This document shows, piece after piece, positions 1 through 9,574 of a stretch of DNA of 48,775 nt; within the stretch, counting starts at the first letter, position 1; each line of letters starts with the position of its first letter. The stretch lies in IMG/VR virus record IMGVR_UViG_3300015259_000001; one strand, given 5' to 3'. Below the pieces are notes generated by a model. That model was given only the letters and a program-made list of their open reading frames with translations. It did not search any database and was not told where the DNA came from. Origin of the DNA: a virus. Made by a program: the position numbers and the translations under genes.

Positions 1-299
1 CCCATTCTAACAATACTACTATTGCTAATAATTCTTTTGGTAATTCAACGCCACATCCTATACATATAATTGATGGATTTGTTCCTCCTAGATATACACA
101 ACCAATATAACCTTTACTGGGGGGTGCAATAATGGCGTATAACGCTGTTACTATCGAAAAGTTCATTAGCTCTAATACTGTTAATTTCGTTTTGGTGGTA
201 GGGATACACAACCCATAGACCATTTTTGATTTTTCTCTCTTCTTCAGGATAGAATAATTTCTTATCACTAGAAGATACTATTGGGTTCATGCTATCCAT
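1..299 (-). pseudogene. Frameshifted member of the Zn-ribbon (H-x-C...CxxC-xxx-PK[DE]) family, running off the window edge
   Basis: ORF 114..299 resembles the N-half of 9311..9574 (KIKNGLW..HYC). Removing one base from the G6 run at 119-124 continues it as SKGYIGCV...CIGCGVELPKELLAIVVLLEW, matching the C-half of 9311..9574. Confidence 0.7.
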
Positions 300-721
300 T
301 TTTTGATATTATCCGAACAAATCCCACCGGCCTTGTTCAAATCTAAATCCAAAGGCAAAAGCTCTGGATGCACCAGTATACCATCTTCTATAAAGTTACG
401 AGGATAGCACCATATATAACCTTTATTAGTCAAAGTAAATGGATCTCTCTCATGAAAGAAACAATGTACTTGTGGTATTGTTATTAAGGTGCGTAAACTT
501 TCTACATCTTTACAGTGTACCCATATCCCCCATCCTTGAAGAAAAGCTATATTACATGGATACTTAGGTTCATCGTGTCCTAAGTAAAGCTTACCGTTAT
601 GAGTCCTAACATCGCACTCTACATGATACCCACTAGATAGGGCGTTCAATAGATACTCTGGATGGTTTTCATCCTTCGGATTAACTCCATCTATATTACC
701 TCTATGCGCTATATATATCAT
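287..721 (-). CDS. Glycerophosphodiester phosphodiesterase-like protein
   Basis: IAHRGN and VECDV motifs, LGHD, WVHCK. Confidence 0.7.
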   Translation of the reverse strand: MIYIAHRGNIDGVNPKDENHPEYLLNALSSGYHVECDVRTHNGKLYLGHDEPKYPCNIAFLQGWGIWVHCKDVESLRTLITIPQVHCFFHERDPFTLTNKGYIWCYPRNFIEDGILVHPELLPLDLDLNKAGGICSDNIKKWIA

Positions 722-734
722 TCTTTAACTCCAT

Positions 735-1046
735 CTATGCTTTATATATATCATATGTATTCTTTCCCCCACTAATAACATTTGCGGCTGCTGCAACATC
801 CTTTGGGGTAGTTTCATTGCAATCTATACACTCACTTGCTTTTATCTCTTTTAACGTACCACATTTATTATGCCAAAGATAGTAGTAATAATACTTATTG
901 TATGGTACATTTTTGGCCCTTACAACCCACCAATCATCCATTTGTACTAATATTTCAAAGTTCTTGTCACTAAGGAGTAGATCACGCATTGCCTCTACCA
1001 GTCTACGAGTCCTTACAGGACTACTCTTTCTTACACGATTCGACAT
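735..1046 (-). CDS. Zn-ribbon paralog family protein
   Basis: DDWWVV...WHNKC...CIDCNETTPKDVAA. Confidence 0.75.
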   Translation of the reverse strand: MSNRVRKSSPVRTRRLVEAMRDLLLSDKNFEILVQMDDWWVVRAKNVPYNKYYYYYLWHNKCGTLKEIKASECIDCNETTPKDVAAAANVISGGKNTYDIYKA

Positions 1047-1395
1047 AATTCTCTATATCTTTCATGAAGTTTGGGATAAATCCAAATAATCTAATTAATT
1101 CTTTTTCCCATAACTTATTACTTTTATCTAATAGCTTACCACTTTGAGTTAATAACTTACAACCATCAGCCCGGACCCTATCGCCTTCAGTGCAGATATT
1201 ATAACCTTTATCCCATAGTTTATTATATTTAGCTGCGAGCTTACCTACATTTTCATTACGGAGTTTATCACTCTCAACTCGAAGCAGATAGCCTTTATTC
1301 CAAATTTTACCGCCTTCAGTCCAGAGCTTATCGCCTTCGTCCCTAAGATTACAGCTTTTAATGTAAAGTTCTATGGCTTCCTCAAGGTTCGACAT
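1021..1395 (-). CDS. Helical-repeat 'FGFIP' paralog family protein
   Basis: MSNLEEAIELY ... heptad xEGDKLW repeats ... LWEKELIRLFGFIPNFM. Confidence 0.85.
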   Translation of the reverse strand: MSNLEEAIELYIKSCNLRDEGDKLWTEGGKIWNKGYLLRVESDKLRNENVGKLAAKYNKLWDKGYNICTEGDRVRADGCKLLTQSGKLLDKSNKLWEKELIRLFGFIPNFMKDIENYVESCKKE

Positions 1396-1600
1396 AATCT
1401 TCTATGTTCTTCATAAAATCAGGAATAAACCCAAACAATCTAATTAACTCTTCGTTCCACAGTTTATTCCCTTTAACCCTAAGTTTATTGCCTTCATCCC
1501 ATAGTTTTAGACTGAAAGTATCGCCTTCAGCCCAACGTTTTCTGCTTTCAGCATAGATCTTTATGGCTTCTTCCCGCTTACTGATTACCTGTTTATCCAT
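1382..1600 (-). CDS. 'FGFIP' paralog family protein
   Basis: REEAIKIY...LWNEELIRLFGFIPDFM...YVEP. Confidence 0.85.
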   Translation of the reverse strand: MDKQVISKREEAIKIYAESRKRWAEGDTFSLKLWDEGNKLRVKGNKLWNEELIRLFGFIPDFMKNIEDYVEP

Positions 1601-2328
1601 TTTTGTACGTCTTCTGGAGTGCCAAGACTTACCATCTCATCTACTTCAAGGGCAAGAACCGTGCCATTCTTGAATCCATATTGAATAACTTCGTTATACA
1701 CAGGAGCCACATAGTATTCATTATTAACCATTCTTTTATTAAAAATCATATTATCGGCACACTCAAAAAATGCATCTGTTCTAGACCAATAATATATCCC
1801 ACAAGTAGCCCAAGGAGATATTGGATTTTTCTCAACTACTTCCCGTACTTGATTGTATTCATCTATACTTACATAACTCCACTTACTCTCTGTAGCACGA
1901 AATACAGGTATGACCCCACTCACCTCATTAGCATATCTACTAAGTTGAAGCTGATTAGCTATAGTATTAAAGTTAAGTAAGCTAAACTTAACAATCTGAT
2001 CACCATTAATAATGATTAACGGCTTATCTAGTTCGACCACGCTCGATGTACTACTCAGCAATACCGAACAAGCAGCACCTTTAGTGGTACCTTCTGTTGA
2101 TATTATTTGATAGTTAATCCCCATAATTTTACAGAGATTAGTAAGGCGCTTAAAGTATTCTTTTTTGGCTATAAAGGTAAAAACCCCTGCTTCTAGCCAT
2201 GGCCTAGGTAATGATTCTAGTACCGTTTCGATCATGGACTTTCCATTGATATCCACAAAGGGTTTCTCAGGATAACCTGCGTCAGTAAACCGCTTACCTT
2301 CACCTGCTAATGGGACTATAATGTTCAT
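1585..2328 (-). CDS. Sugar-phosphate nucleotidyltransferase (GT-A fold NTP transferase)
   Basis: IIVPLAGEGKRF, KPF, INGDQ, EKNPIS, GIYY, EYYVAPVYN, LGTPED. Confidence 0.85.
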   Translation of the reverse strand: MNIIVPLAGEGKRFTDAGYPEKPFVDINGKSMIETVLESLPRPWLEAGVFTFIAKKEYFKRLTNLCKIMGINYQIISTEGTTKGAACSVLLSSTSSVVELDKPLIIINGDQIVKFSLLNFNTIANQLQLSRYANEVSGVIPVFRATESKWSYVSIDEYNQVREVVEKNPISPWATCGIYYWSRTDAFFECADNMIFNKRMVNNEYYVAPVYNEVIQYGFKNGTVLALEVDEMVSLGTPEDVQKWINR

Positions 2329-2550
2329 AAGTTCTTCCTTTTATAGCTTGTAATGTGTGTCATAACTATGTAAGAATCGACTATTGCCCGAAATCTCAAT
2401 GAATCCATAGGCTTAGAAATATAAAAAGTCTTGTATATTCTCCGTTTATTCTTGACTATCCCAAATCCCCTAACAAATCCAGATACTTATACAGGATGAA
2501 TAACTGTCATAAACAGGTAATATATTTTGCTACCTATAGCTTCTTCAAGA

Positions 2551-2790
2551 TTAGACATATTTGTTTATGTCTCTCATAAAATCAGGAATAAACCCGAACA
2601 ATTTAATTAGCTCTTCATCCCACAGTCTGTACCCCTCAGCCCAAAGCTTATCGCTTTCAGTATAAAGCTGAGAAATTTTAGCACGGAGCTTTTCATCCTC
2701 AGGATAGTTTTTATAGGTCCGGAGCTTATGACCTTCTATACATAACTTATTGCCCTTAGCGTAGAGTTCTAAAGCTTTTTGTAAGCTCAT
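2551..2790 (-). CDS. 'FGFIP' paralog family protein
   Basis: MSLQKALELY...LWDEELIKLFGFIPDFM. Confidence 0.85.
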   Translation of the reverse strand: MSLQKALELYAKGNKLCIEGHKLRTYKNYPEDEKLRAKISQLYTESDKLWAEGYRLWDEELIKLFGFIPDFMRDINKYV

Positions 2791-3044
2791 ACAAAGTCTT
2801 CTATACTCTTTATATAATCAGGAATAAATCCGAATAATTTGATTATCTCTGTCTTCCAAATCTCTCTACTCTCATTGCACAGAATATGACCTTTATACCA
2901 AAGTACATTACTTTTGTCACGAATAGACCAAAGTTCATCTTCACCCGAGTCAATTTTATTTATTCTTTCATCCCAAAGATCACGACTTTGATCGCAGAGT
3001 TTAATCCCTTCAATATAAAGGTCTAAAGCTTTTTGTAAGCTCAT
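2787..3044 (-). CDS. 'FGFIP' paralog family protein
   Basis: Start set at MSLQKALDLY (ATG overlapping the upstream TGA); ends IIKLFGFIPDY. Confidence 0.8.
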   Translation of the reverse strand: MSLQKALDLYIEGIKLCDQSRDLWDERINKIDSGEDELWSIRDKSNVLWYKGHILCNESREIWKTEIIKLFGFIPDYIKSIEDFV

Positions 3045-3295
3045 ACAAAGTCCTCTATACTCTTCATACAATCAGGAATAAATCCAAACAATCTAATTAG
3101 CTCTTTTAACCATATTATCTTTCCTTCAGTCTGGAGCTTATTGCCATTATTAGAGAGCTTTCTGCTTTCATCCCATATCTCTTGTTTCTCAGGCCCCTTC
3201 GGTAGATTCCAGCCCACTTCGTAGAGCCTGTAGCTCTCAATACAAAGTTCATTCCCTTTAATGTAAAGCTTTATAGCTTCTTCAAGGTTCGACAT
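3041..3295 (-). CDS. 'FGFIP' paralog family protein
   Basis: MSNLEEAIKLY...ELIRLFGFIPDC. Confidence 0.85.
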   Translation of the reverse strand: MSNLEEAIKLYIKGNELCIESYRLYEVGWNLPKGPEKQEIWDESRKLSNNGNKLQTEGKIIWLKELIRLFGFIPDCMKSIEDFV

Positions 3296-3530
3296 ACTTA
3301 CGAATATCGCTCATAAAATCAGGAATAAACCCAAACAATCTAATTAGCTCTTCATCCCACAATCTGTACCCCTCAGCCCAGAGCTTATCGCTTTCAGTAT
3401 AAAGCTGGGCAATTTCAGAACAGGATTTTATCCTATCAGGATAACCCCTACAAACCCAGAGTTTATCGCCCTCAGCACCTAGCTTTTTACCCTTAATACA
3501 GAGCTTTATAGCTTCTTCGAGCTTAGACAT
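3282..3530 (-). CDS. 'FGFIP' paralog family protein
   Basis: MSKLEEAIKLC...ELIRLFGFIPDFM...YVEP. Confidence 0.85.
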   Translation of the reverse strand: MSKLEEAIKLCIKGKKLGAEGDKLWVCRGYPDRIKSCSEIAQLYTESDKLWAEGYRLWDEELIRLFGFIPDFMSDIRKYVEP

Positions 3531-3545
3531 ATCTACTTATGTCTT

Positions 3546-4718
3546 TCAAGGTTCGACATAACCCATGAGTTTAGAATCATTTCGTAATTTACGAAGAGTA
3601 TCTTTCTCGATTTGTCTAACTCTCTCTCGGCTAGCGCCTACCATCACCCCTACTTCTTCTAGAGTTTTTATCTCCTCACCCTCTAAACCATATCGGTGAA
3701 TTAGAATAAGCTGCTCAGTCCCGTTGAGATGACTGATAGCTTCCTGCATATCTTCTAACATATTATGTCGCAATAGCGTTTGATATGGATCTTCTTCTTC
3801 TGTAACAATAAGATCTTTTAAGGTTTTAACCCTAGCGTCCCCATCCGCTACTTTAGCGTTAATGCTAAGTTCTAGACTAATAGGCTCACTAGTCATATCA
3901 ATTACCTTCTCAATTCTTTGAGTGCTATAACCAGTAACTCTAGATATCTCTCCAATAGTAGGTTCTCTTTGTAAAGAGAAATTCAATGCATCTTGAGCCT
4001 GCTTAACTCTCATAGCGATATCATAAACGTGGGACGGCAAGCGAATCGTCTTACTAGTATTGCGAATTGCACGAACAAAACCCTGCCGTATCCACCATGC
4101 AGCATAGGTAGAAAACTTAAGGTTTCTACTATAATCAAACTTCTCGATACCTCGGATTAATGCTATATTGCCCTCTTGAATAAGATCAATAATACTAACT
4201 CCAAATCCTTGAAACTTCTTTGCAAAAGCAACAACGAGACGAAGATTGGCTGTAATAAGTTTATTGCGTAGTATAATGATTTCTTCTCTCATAGATACAA
4301 GAGAAGATATGAATGGATCAGAAGGATTAATCTTTTCCAAATCTTTAAGTACCTCAAAATATAGATGTTGTGATAGATTACACTTAACAAGGATATCTTT
4401 CATACCTGCATAGTCTTGATTGGCTACATATTTTTCTAGTTCTAAAAGATACTCTTCCATTCTAGTATTTAATTCTTTAGCTGGGATAGAACCGTAATAA
4501 TCACTTAACTTACTAATGGAACGATTTTCATTCTTAAGAGTCTGCCATTTGGATAGTATAAACTCTGCAGTATACGGTATATCTAATATACTTGCAGTAA
4601 ACTGCTTCATTAATAGATCAAGATGGTAAGCAATTTCTGCCTCTTTATCCTTAGAGAGAAGTCCATAGCTCCTCATATCGTTTATATATCTGGATAACTG
4701 TTCATTGAACTCGTTCAT
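3546..4718 (-). CDS. RNA polymerase sigma70-family factor (RpoD/RpoS-like)
   Basis: Region 2 [34 protein letters not shown]; TIRLPSH; region 4 [15 protein letters not shown]. Confidence 0.95.
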   Translation of the reverse strand: MNEFNEQLSRYINDMRSYGLLSKDKEAEIAYHLDLLMKQFTASILDIPYTAEFILSKWQTLKNENRSISKLSDYYGSIPAKELNTRMEEYLLELEKYVANQDYAGMKDILVKCNLSQHLYFEVLKDLEKINPSDPFISSLVSMREEIIILRNKLITANLRLVVAFAKKFQGFGVSIIDLIQEGNIALIRGIEKFDYSRNLKFSTYAAWWIRQGFVRAIRNTSKTIRLPSHVYDIAMRVKQAQDALNFSLQREPTIGEISRVTGYSTQRIEKVIDMTSEPISLELSINAKVADGDARVKTLKDLIVTEEEDPYQTLLRHNMLEDMQEAISHLNGTEQLILIHRYGLEGEEIKTLEEVGVMVGASRERVRQIEKDTLRKLRNDSKLMGYVEP

Positions 4719-4726
4719 ATAACCCT

Positions 4727-5554
4727 TTATTCTTTGATTATCTTGTATTGTTTAGTCTCAAAAACATACATGAGATCATCCCTGATATAACTCTTGAATG
4801 ACTTAAGGAACTCATCTGTGACTAGTCTTGTTTCTTTACTATCAATGCTGTTAACATCAGGTACATCTGCTCGGATAACCGCATCGGCATTGATACCCCC
4901 CATAGCGTCAATAGAATCAGCTATTGTATTCCGATCTTCAACAAATTGAGGAGCCCTAAAGGTTCTAGTTTCTGCCCTAGGAGCGTATTGCATAGTGCAG
5001 ACAAACTCTTCAAAAGCTGTATTAAGTTTCCTTTTGAGAATGCTTCTCAATTCACAACAATCTCGGCTCTTGTTATCCCATTCTACGATCTTTTCCTTGT
5101 CAGGAGATACCTTAGCGTGTTCTTCACGTTTCTTGTTCTCAAAGAATGCGAGTTTATGGACCTCCACAATGAGGCGATCAATAAGATCAGCGATAGTGTC
5201 AACATTAGGAACTCTTTCAATAGGTCTAGGCGATGGAGTTTGACGACCTTTACATCGACAACATACAGGTATTAAATTCTCTCGGCTGATTTCCCCTCCG
5301 AATTTAAGTGGACGATAAAACATTAACACCAATCCATCAGACCCGCGTTTATGAGAACGTAAAGGATACCCACAGAACGCACAGGCTCCATTATACTTAG
5401 CATAAACAGCCTTAGCATCATTCTTATCTAAGTATACTTTCTTACCTTTCTTAGTAAACTTAGCACATTCAAGATTAATATCAGCTAGCGCGGATCTAAA
5501 GGCAGGACTAGCTGCGCCTCTACCTATTGCTCCTCCGGTATATTGCTTAGGCAT
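4727..5554 (-). CDS. HNH-like Zn-binding domain fused to a helical (DUF4254-like) domain
   Basis: CAFCG ... P..FGGE...[10 protein letters not shown], with the catalytic His apparently absent; then [17 protein letters not shown]. Confidence 0.5.
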   Translation of the reverse strand: MPKQYTGGAIGRGAASPAFRSALADINLECAKFTKKGKKVYLDKNDAKAVYAKYNGACAFCGYPLRSHKRGSDGLVLMFYRPLKFGGEISRENLIPVCCRCKGRQTPSPRPIERVPNVDTIADLIDRLIVEVHKLAFFENKKREEHAKVSPDKEKIVEWDNKSRDCCELRSILKRKLNTAFEEFVCTMQYAPRAETRTFRAPQFVEDRNTIADSIDAMGGINADAVIRADVPDVNSIDSKETRLVTDEFLKSFKSYIRDDLMYVFETKQYKIIKE

Positions 5555-5557
5555 AAT

Positions 5558-5767
5558 TCATACTCTCCCTCGTAGTAGATTCCACACCGCAAATACAAAT
5601 TCTGATGTGTGTTCCTCACATTTACCACAAACTAACGCTGTACATTCATCATTAACCCGACAATATCCTGATTTTCTGTTACTACATTTATGCTGTGTGA
5701 ATGGAGATATTAATGAGATAACCCAATTATCTATCTCTATACTATTATTACCGTCATTACTCAGCAT
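5558..5767 (-). CDS. Zn-ribbon paralog family protein
   Basis: IDNWVI...QHKC...CGKCEEH. Confidence 0.65.
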   Translation of the reverse strand: MLSNDGNNSIEIDNWVISLISPFTQHKCSNRKSGYCRVNDECTALVCGKCEEHTSEFVFAVWNLLRGRV

Positions 5768-6566
5768 AATTATTCTTCTTCCTATTTATCCATCCTTCAC
5801 GGCTCATAGGATAAGCCTTACCGTTCCAATCCCCGTTAAACATTGGAACAGTAGCCAGTATTGTTTCTTTAGTCCGAAGATCCCATGAAGGATATCTCCG
5901 ATGCTTGTCTCCCATTTTAGCATATTTCAACTTGAAATGCGTCGGTCCTCTAAAACCATAATGCGCCAACAATGGAGTTTTTGTGTCTCGGTGATCTGGG
6001 TCAACAACTCCCTTAAAGTATCTAGAAAAACCTGACGGCCATGGTCTCCATGTGTGGGTATAATAAAGGTCAGGCATAGGACGAAAGGTATAGACCATAC
6101 GTTCCATCCGGTGAGCTAGTGGCATAAGATCCTTAACCGGCATACCCCAGTTTGGATATAAGTCAACTTCTTCCCATGTTCCAACAGGACGAACAGCATT
6201 AAGGGCCTGCCATGTCACGGCTATATCTCCTACTGCTCTATCCCGAATAGCTTCTCTTACATCAGTATCCAGAATCATTATATCGGATTCTATAACCTGA
6301 ACCCAAGTATCCAGCGGATTATGCCGTTCTTTAATCTTATTTAATAAAGATGATCTTTGACCGGGATCTCTTATACAGGGATCACGTTGTATAATGATTT
6401 TGGAATCTAAACTTGCCGCTCTTTGAATAATCTCCCAACTATTGTCTGTGCTTCCGTCATCTGCTACGTATAAAAGATCCACATGCTTTATGGCTTCGGA
6501 AATAATCTCTTCTAGAATATCTCCTTCATTCTTATTCCACATCATCCCAACTACATTAACGCTCAT
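5757..6566 (-). CDS. Glycosyltransferase family 2 protein
   Basis: KNEGDIL, VADDGSTDNS, ESD (DxD-like), HYGFR. Confidence 0.85.
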   Translation of the reverse strand: MSVNVVGMMWNKNEGDILEEIISEAIKHVDLLYVADDGSTDNSWEIIQRAASLDSKIIIQRDPCIRDPGQRSSLLNKIKERHNPLDTWVQVIESDIMILDTDVREAIRDRAVGDIAVTWQALNAVRPVGTWEEVDLYPNWGMPVKDLMPLAHRMERMVYTFRPMPDLYYTHTWRPWPSGFSRYFKGVVDPDHRDTKTPLLAHYGFRGPTHFKLKYAKMGDKHRRYPSWDLRTKETILATVPMFNGDWNGKAYPMSREGWINRKKNNYAE

Positions 6567-6786
6567 TTATACCTTTCTCTGCTTTTGCTATTGCCTCCAT
6601 TAATGTATGTCCATAATACCTAACATCTCTATCGTCGGGATGACTCCAACGATGTATACAATATTCGGTATCTATCATTACAGTTTTATCTAATACCTTA
6701 TCGTATCTAGCAATCACACCAGATAAACTCCACCCTTCATCTATTAACTTTTCTAATATCTCTAATGGAGTTTTGATATCTCTCAT
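6556..6786 (-). CDS. Hypothetical protein
   Basis: Tightly packed co-oriented ORF. Confidence 0.6.
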   Translation of the reverse strand: MRDIKTPLEILEKLIDEGWSLSGVIARYDKVLDKTVMIDTEYCIHRWSHPDDRDVRYYGHTLMEAIAKAEKGINER

Positions 6787-6789
6787 GGT

Positions 6790-7062
6790 TTAACAGTAGT
6801 TTCTTCCGTATAGACTACCAGCAGTCATAGTAGAATATATTGCTTTCACATAATCAGGAGCTTCAACTCCACACCTACATTTAAACATTTTTATACTTAA
6901 TACATGCTTACATGTTATATGATGTAGGTATATATAAATATACGGACTAGTTATTTTGCCTTTTATTATGATCCAATCATCTAAGTCTGTAACTATAGGT
7001 GTAAAAGATTCTAATAATTCCTCAGGGTCAAAGATACTTCTACGATGGATCGGATAGGTCAT
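6790..7062 (-). CDS. Zn-ribbon paralog family protein
   Basis: DLDDWIII...HHITC...CRCGVEAPDYVKAI. Confidence 0.75.
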   Translation of the reverse strand: MTYPIHRRSIFDPEELLESFTPIVTDLDDWIIIKGKITSPYIYIYLHHITCKHVLSIKMFKCRCGVEAPDYVKAIYSTMTAGSLYGRNYC

Positions 7063-7487
7063 CTTTCTCCATTCATTATGCGTCTAAACGCTTCGGCATT
7101 GCCAAGTGCATCATGAACCGGGTTATGGTCATGAGGAGTAACTCGTAGCTTCTTCCATTTAGAAGCGTTCCTAAAGTCTCCTACTAATCCAGCATAGAAG
7201 TCTCCTATTCTTCGGGCTGACCATCCAAACGGGTTAGTATTAAAGTATTTCTTCATGTAGAAATGAATAGGAGGCCAATCATAAGCAACATTATCAGTTA
7301 TAAATATCTTTCGTCCGGGACCGAAACTAGTAAGCCAAGTATTAAAGGCTTCGAAGGTTTCTCTGGAACTATCCTTACCGTGAAAGGTAGTCATTGTATC
7401 GTAATGGACTGCTCCGAACTCTCGTAGAGTCCAACCATCTTTAGTAGGGTTAGCATCCTCTGTATCTACGAATATAAGATGACTCAT
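7059..7487 (-). CDS. DEDDh 3'-5' exonuclease (Rv2179c-like)
   Basis: FVDTE, DNVAYDW, NPFG, HNPVHDA. Confidence 0.85.
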   Translation of the reverse strand: MSHLIFVDTEDANPTKDGWTLREFGAVHYDTMTTFHGKDSSRETFEAFNTWLTSFGPGRKIFITDNVAYDWPPIHFYMKKYFNTNPFGWSARRIGDFYAGLVGDFRNASKWKKLRVTPHDHNPVHDALGNAEAFRRIMNGER

Positions 7488-8030
7488 TTATTTTGTGCCC
7501 CTCACAAGAATTATAGGTTCTTGCTTGTAATGAGAACTAATCATTTCAGTTGGTTGAACGACGTTATTAAACCCTATTGACCGAACTAAATTAATTAGTT
7601 TTTCTGGATAAAACCCCCAACGGTGAGCATCTCCCTCCCATCTACCTTTCCCGAATATAGATAAAGTCATACACCGAATAACCTCATCAGCTACAGCTTT
7701 ATCTATTTTATTATCTTTACGTTCTTTATATACATGCAACAATTGTTCGCAGTTTGCAATAAGATTTGGTACTTCTACCAGTATTATTCCTCCCGGCTGG
7801 CATACTCTATAAAGCTCAGTAAGAAAAGGTATATGATCTTTATACTCAACGTGTTCGAGGACATGGATACAATGTATCTCATCGAACATATCATTTGGGT
7901 ACTTTAAACCCGCAAGTGGATCTCCAATCTCGAAATTCTTGGTATCGAATGGGGCCTTATCAATGTTTACCCATAAATCTTTATTACGATACTGTCCTGT
8001 AGTTGTAGAAGATCCTACGTTAAGTTTCAT
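7488..8030 (-). CDS. Class I SAM-dependent methyltransferase-like protein
   Basis: KLNVGS, WVNID, HVLEH, LYRVCQPGG...EVPN. Confidence 0.8.
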   Translation of the reverse strand: MKLNVGSSTTTGQYRNKDLWVNIDKAPFDTKNFEIGDPLAGLKYPNDMFDEIHCIHVLEHVEYKDHIPFLTELYRVCQPGGIILVEVPNLIANCEQLLHVYKERKDNKIDKAVADEVIRCMTLSIFGKGRWEGDAHRWGFYPEKLINLVRSIGFNNVVQPTEMISSHYKQEPIILVRGTK

Positions 8031-8032
8031 AA

Positions 8033-8257
8033 TTAGTCCTGTACCCCTATTATAAGATTAAATACCGCTCTTGCTCCTTCCGGTGGAGACTTTTGACATT
8101 TGCAACATAAAATACTAGAATCAAAATGCCAAACTACCTCATAGTTTATTTTACCATGTCGGTGCATCAGCCATAATCCGTACTCGTAAGATAATGGGTT
8201 ATAACTATTATGTATAAACCACTTACGGCCAAATTTAATCATCTTATTTTTATTCAT
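8033..8257 (-). CDS. Zn-ribbon paralog family protein
   Basis: KWFI...MHRH...CCKCQKSPPEGARAV. Confidence 0.65.
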   Translation of the reverse strand: MNKNKMIKFGRKWFIHNSYNPLSYEYGLWLMHRHGKINYEVVWHFDSSILCCKCQKSPPEGARAVFNLIIGVQD

Positions 8258-8988
8258 GGGAGAATAATCCCAAAATGCTTAGCTTCATGTAGCCCATATA
8301 CAGTATAGGGGCGAGATAGTCTAGCGGCAATTTTGGTCATTACCGTCATATCACGAGATCTATTAACGTCATCAAATATAATAGGCACATCTGCTCTAAA
8401 CAGTTCAAAGTATTTGATAAATCCACTTCTATTCTTCGGTGGCCCATCGACTAGTAATAGATCATAAGATTTAGGAAGCTTTCCACGCAATACATCAGGG
8501 TCATACCATTCTACTACTTCATCCCCGAATCCGCCTACCGGCTTATGTTCTTTCAATGGGGCATGGATATAGTTAGTTTTATACTTTCCTAACCATTCGG
8601 GGTCATGTTCAACTGAATAGACGGTAAAAAACTCCGATAACTCAACAGTACCTTCCCCGCTACCTAACTCAAGGATTGTGCCCTTGACAGGAATAAGATC
8701 CTTTATAACTTCAACTAAAGTGGCGCTAACAGCCCAGTCTGCACCAGCGATAGCATCAACTAGTGGAGGGCTATCCATATAGTAATGTTTACCCTTCATT
8801 TCTTTTACATCTTTAAGAGCTTCGACTAGATTTTCAAGATGCTCCCGCTTGAAAGGACCGAACAGTCTAATCTCATTCCTCGTTCCACTAGTCAGACTCA
8901 TGTAATATGTTTGAGGATCTACGTCATAGTATACCCTTACTGCGCAGACATTTGTTTCATATTCAGCGACCAATTTAGCATTTTTCAT
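8254..8988 (-). CDS. SAM-dependent methyltransferase-like protein
   Basis: ILELGSGEGT, SVEHD, YDLLLVDGP, IIFDD. Confidence 0.75.
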   Translation of the reverse strand: MKNAKLVAEYETNVCAVRVYYDVDPQTYYMSLTSGTRNEIRLFGPFKREHLENLVEALKDVKEMKGKHYYMDSPPLVDAIAGADWAVSATLVEVIKDLIPVKGTILELGSGEGTVELSEFFTVYSVEHDPEWLGKYKTNYIHAPLKEHKPVGGFGDEVVEWYDPDVLRGKLPKSYDLLLVDGPPKNRSGFIKYFELFRADVPIIFDDVNRSRDMTVMTKIAARLSRPYTVYGLHEAKHFGIILP

Positions 8989-9314
8989 GGCGTATAATAC
9001 TCTATCTTAATGTTTTTTTCGTCCATCATCGCATCTACTTGTTTCTCAAGATTCTTAAAACCTTGTAATCTAGCAGCAGTTTCCGCCCTAAGCCACCCTT
9101 GAAACTTATCAGACTTATACATTCGACGGAAAGCTATCTTTTTATTTTGAGACTGATATCTTTCCTCTCGACACTCTCCTACTGCCCCTGACTCACGATG
9201 AATTACACGACAGGCAGAGCTTGTCTTATTCTGCTTTTGTCCTCCCTTACCTCCGGCTCGGAAGAATTGAATCTCTAAATCATCTCTAGTTACAGAGAAT
9301 AATAAGTCTTTCAT
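8985..9314 (-). CDS. GGQ peptidyl-tRNA hydrolase / release-factor-like protein (ArfB/PrfH-like)
   Basis: FFRAGGKGGQKQNKTSSACRVIH..SG, ERYQSQNK..A; start placed at the ATG overlapping the upstream stop. Confidence 0.85.
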   Translation of the reverse strand: MKDLLFSVTRDDLEIQFFRAGGKGGQKQNKTSSACRVIHRESGAVGECREERYQSQNKKIAFRRMYKSDKFQGWLRAETAARLQGFKNLEKQVDAMMDEKNIKIEYYTP

Positions 9315-9574
9315 ATTTTTCGTCCAACGCTTTCTAACCACCCTAACAGTTGACATACTACTAAAAGATCGGAAGGAATCTTTTCTTTACAACCAATACA
9401 TACGATATTTTGTAAAGTATAACTCCATCTAGCTCCTTTTTGTATTTCTGAACATCTATGCCCTAATAATGATCTACCATCCAGACCATAATAATCTACT
9501 TCATCTATATGATAGTAGTATAAACACCATAGTCCTGATTCTATTTTTCGCTTATCATCTAAAATATGCCCCAT
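9311..9574 (-). CDS. Zn-ribbon paralog family protein
   Basis: GLWCL...GHRC...CIGCKEKIPSDL. Confidence 0.75.
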   Translation of the reverse strand: MGHILDDKRKIESGLWCLYYYHIDEVDYYGLDGRSLLGHRCSEIQKGARWSYTLQNIVCIGCKEKIPSDLLVVCQLLGWLESVGRKI

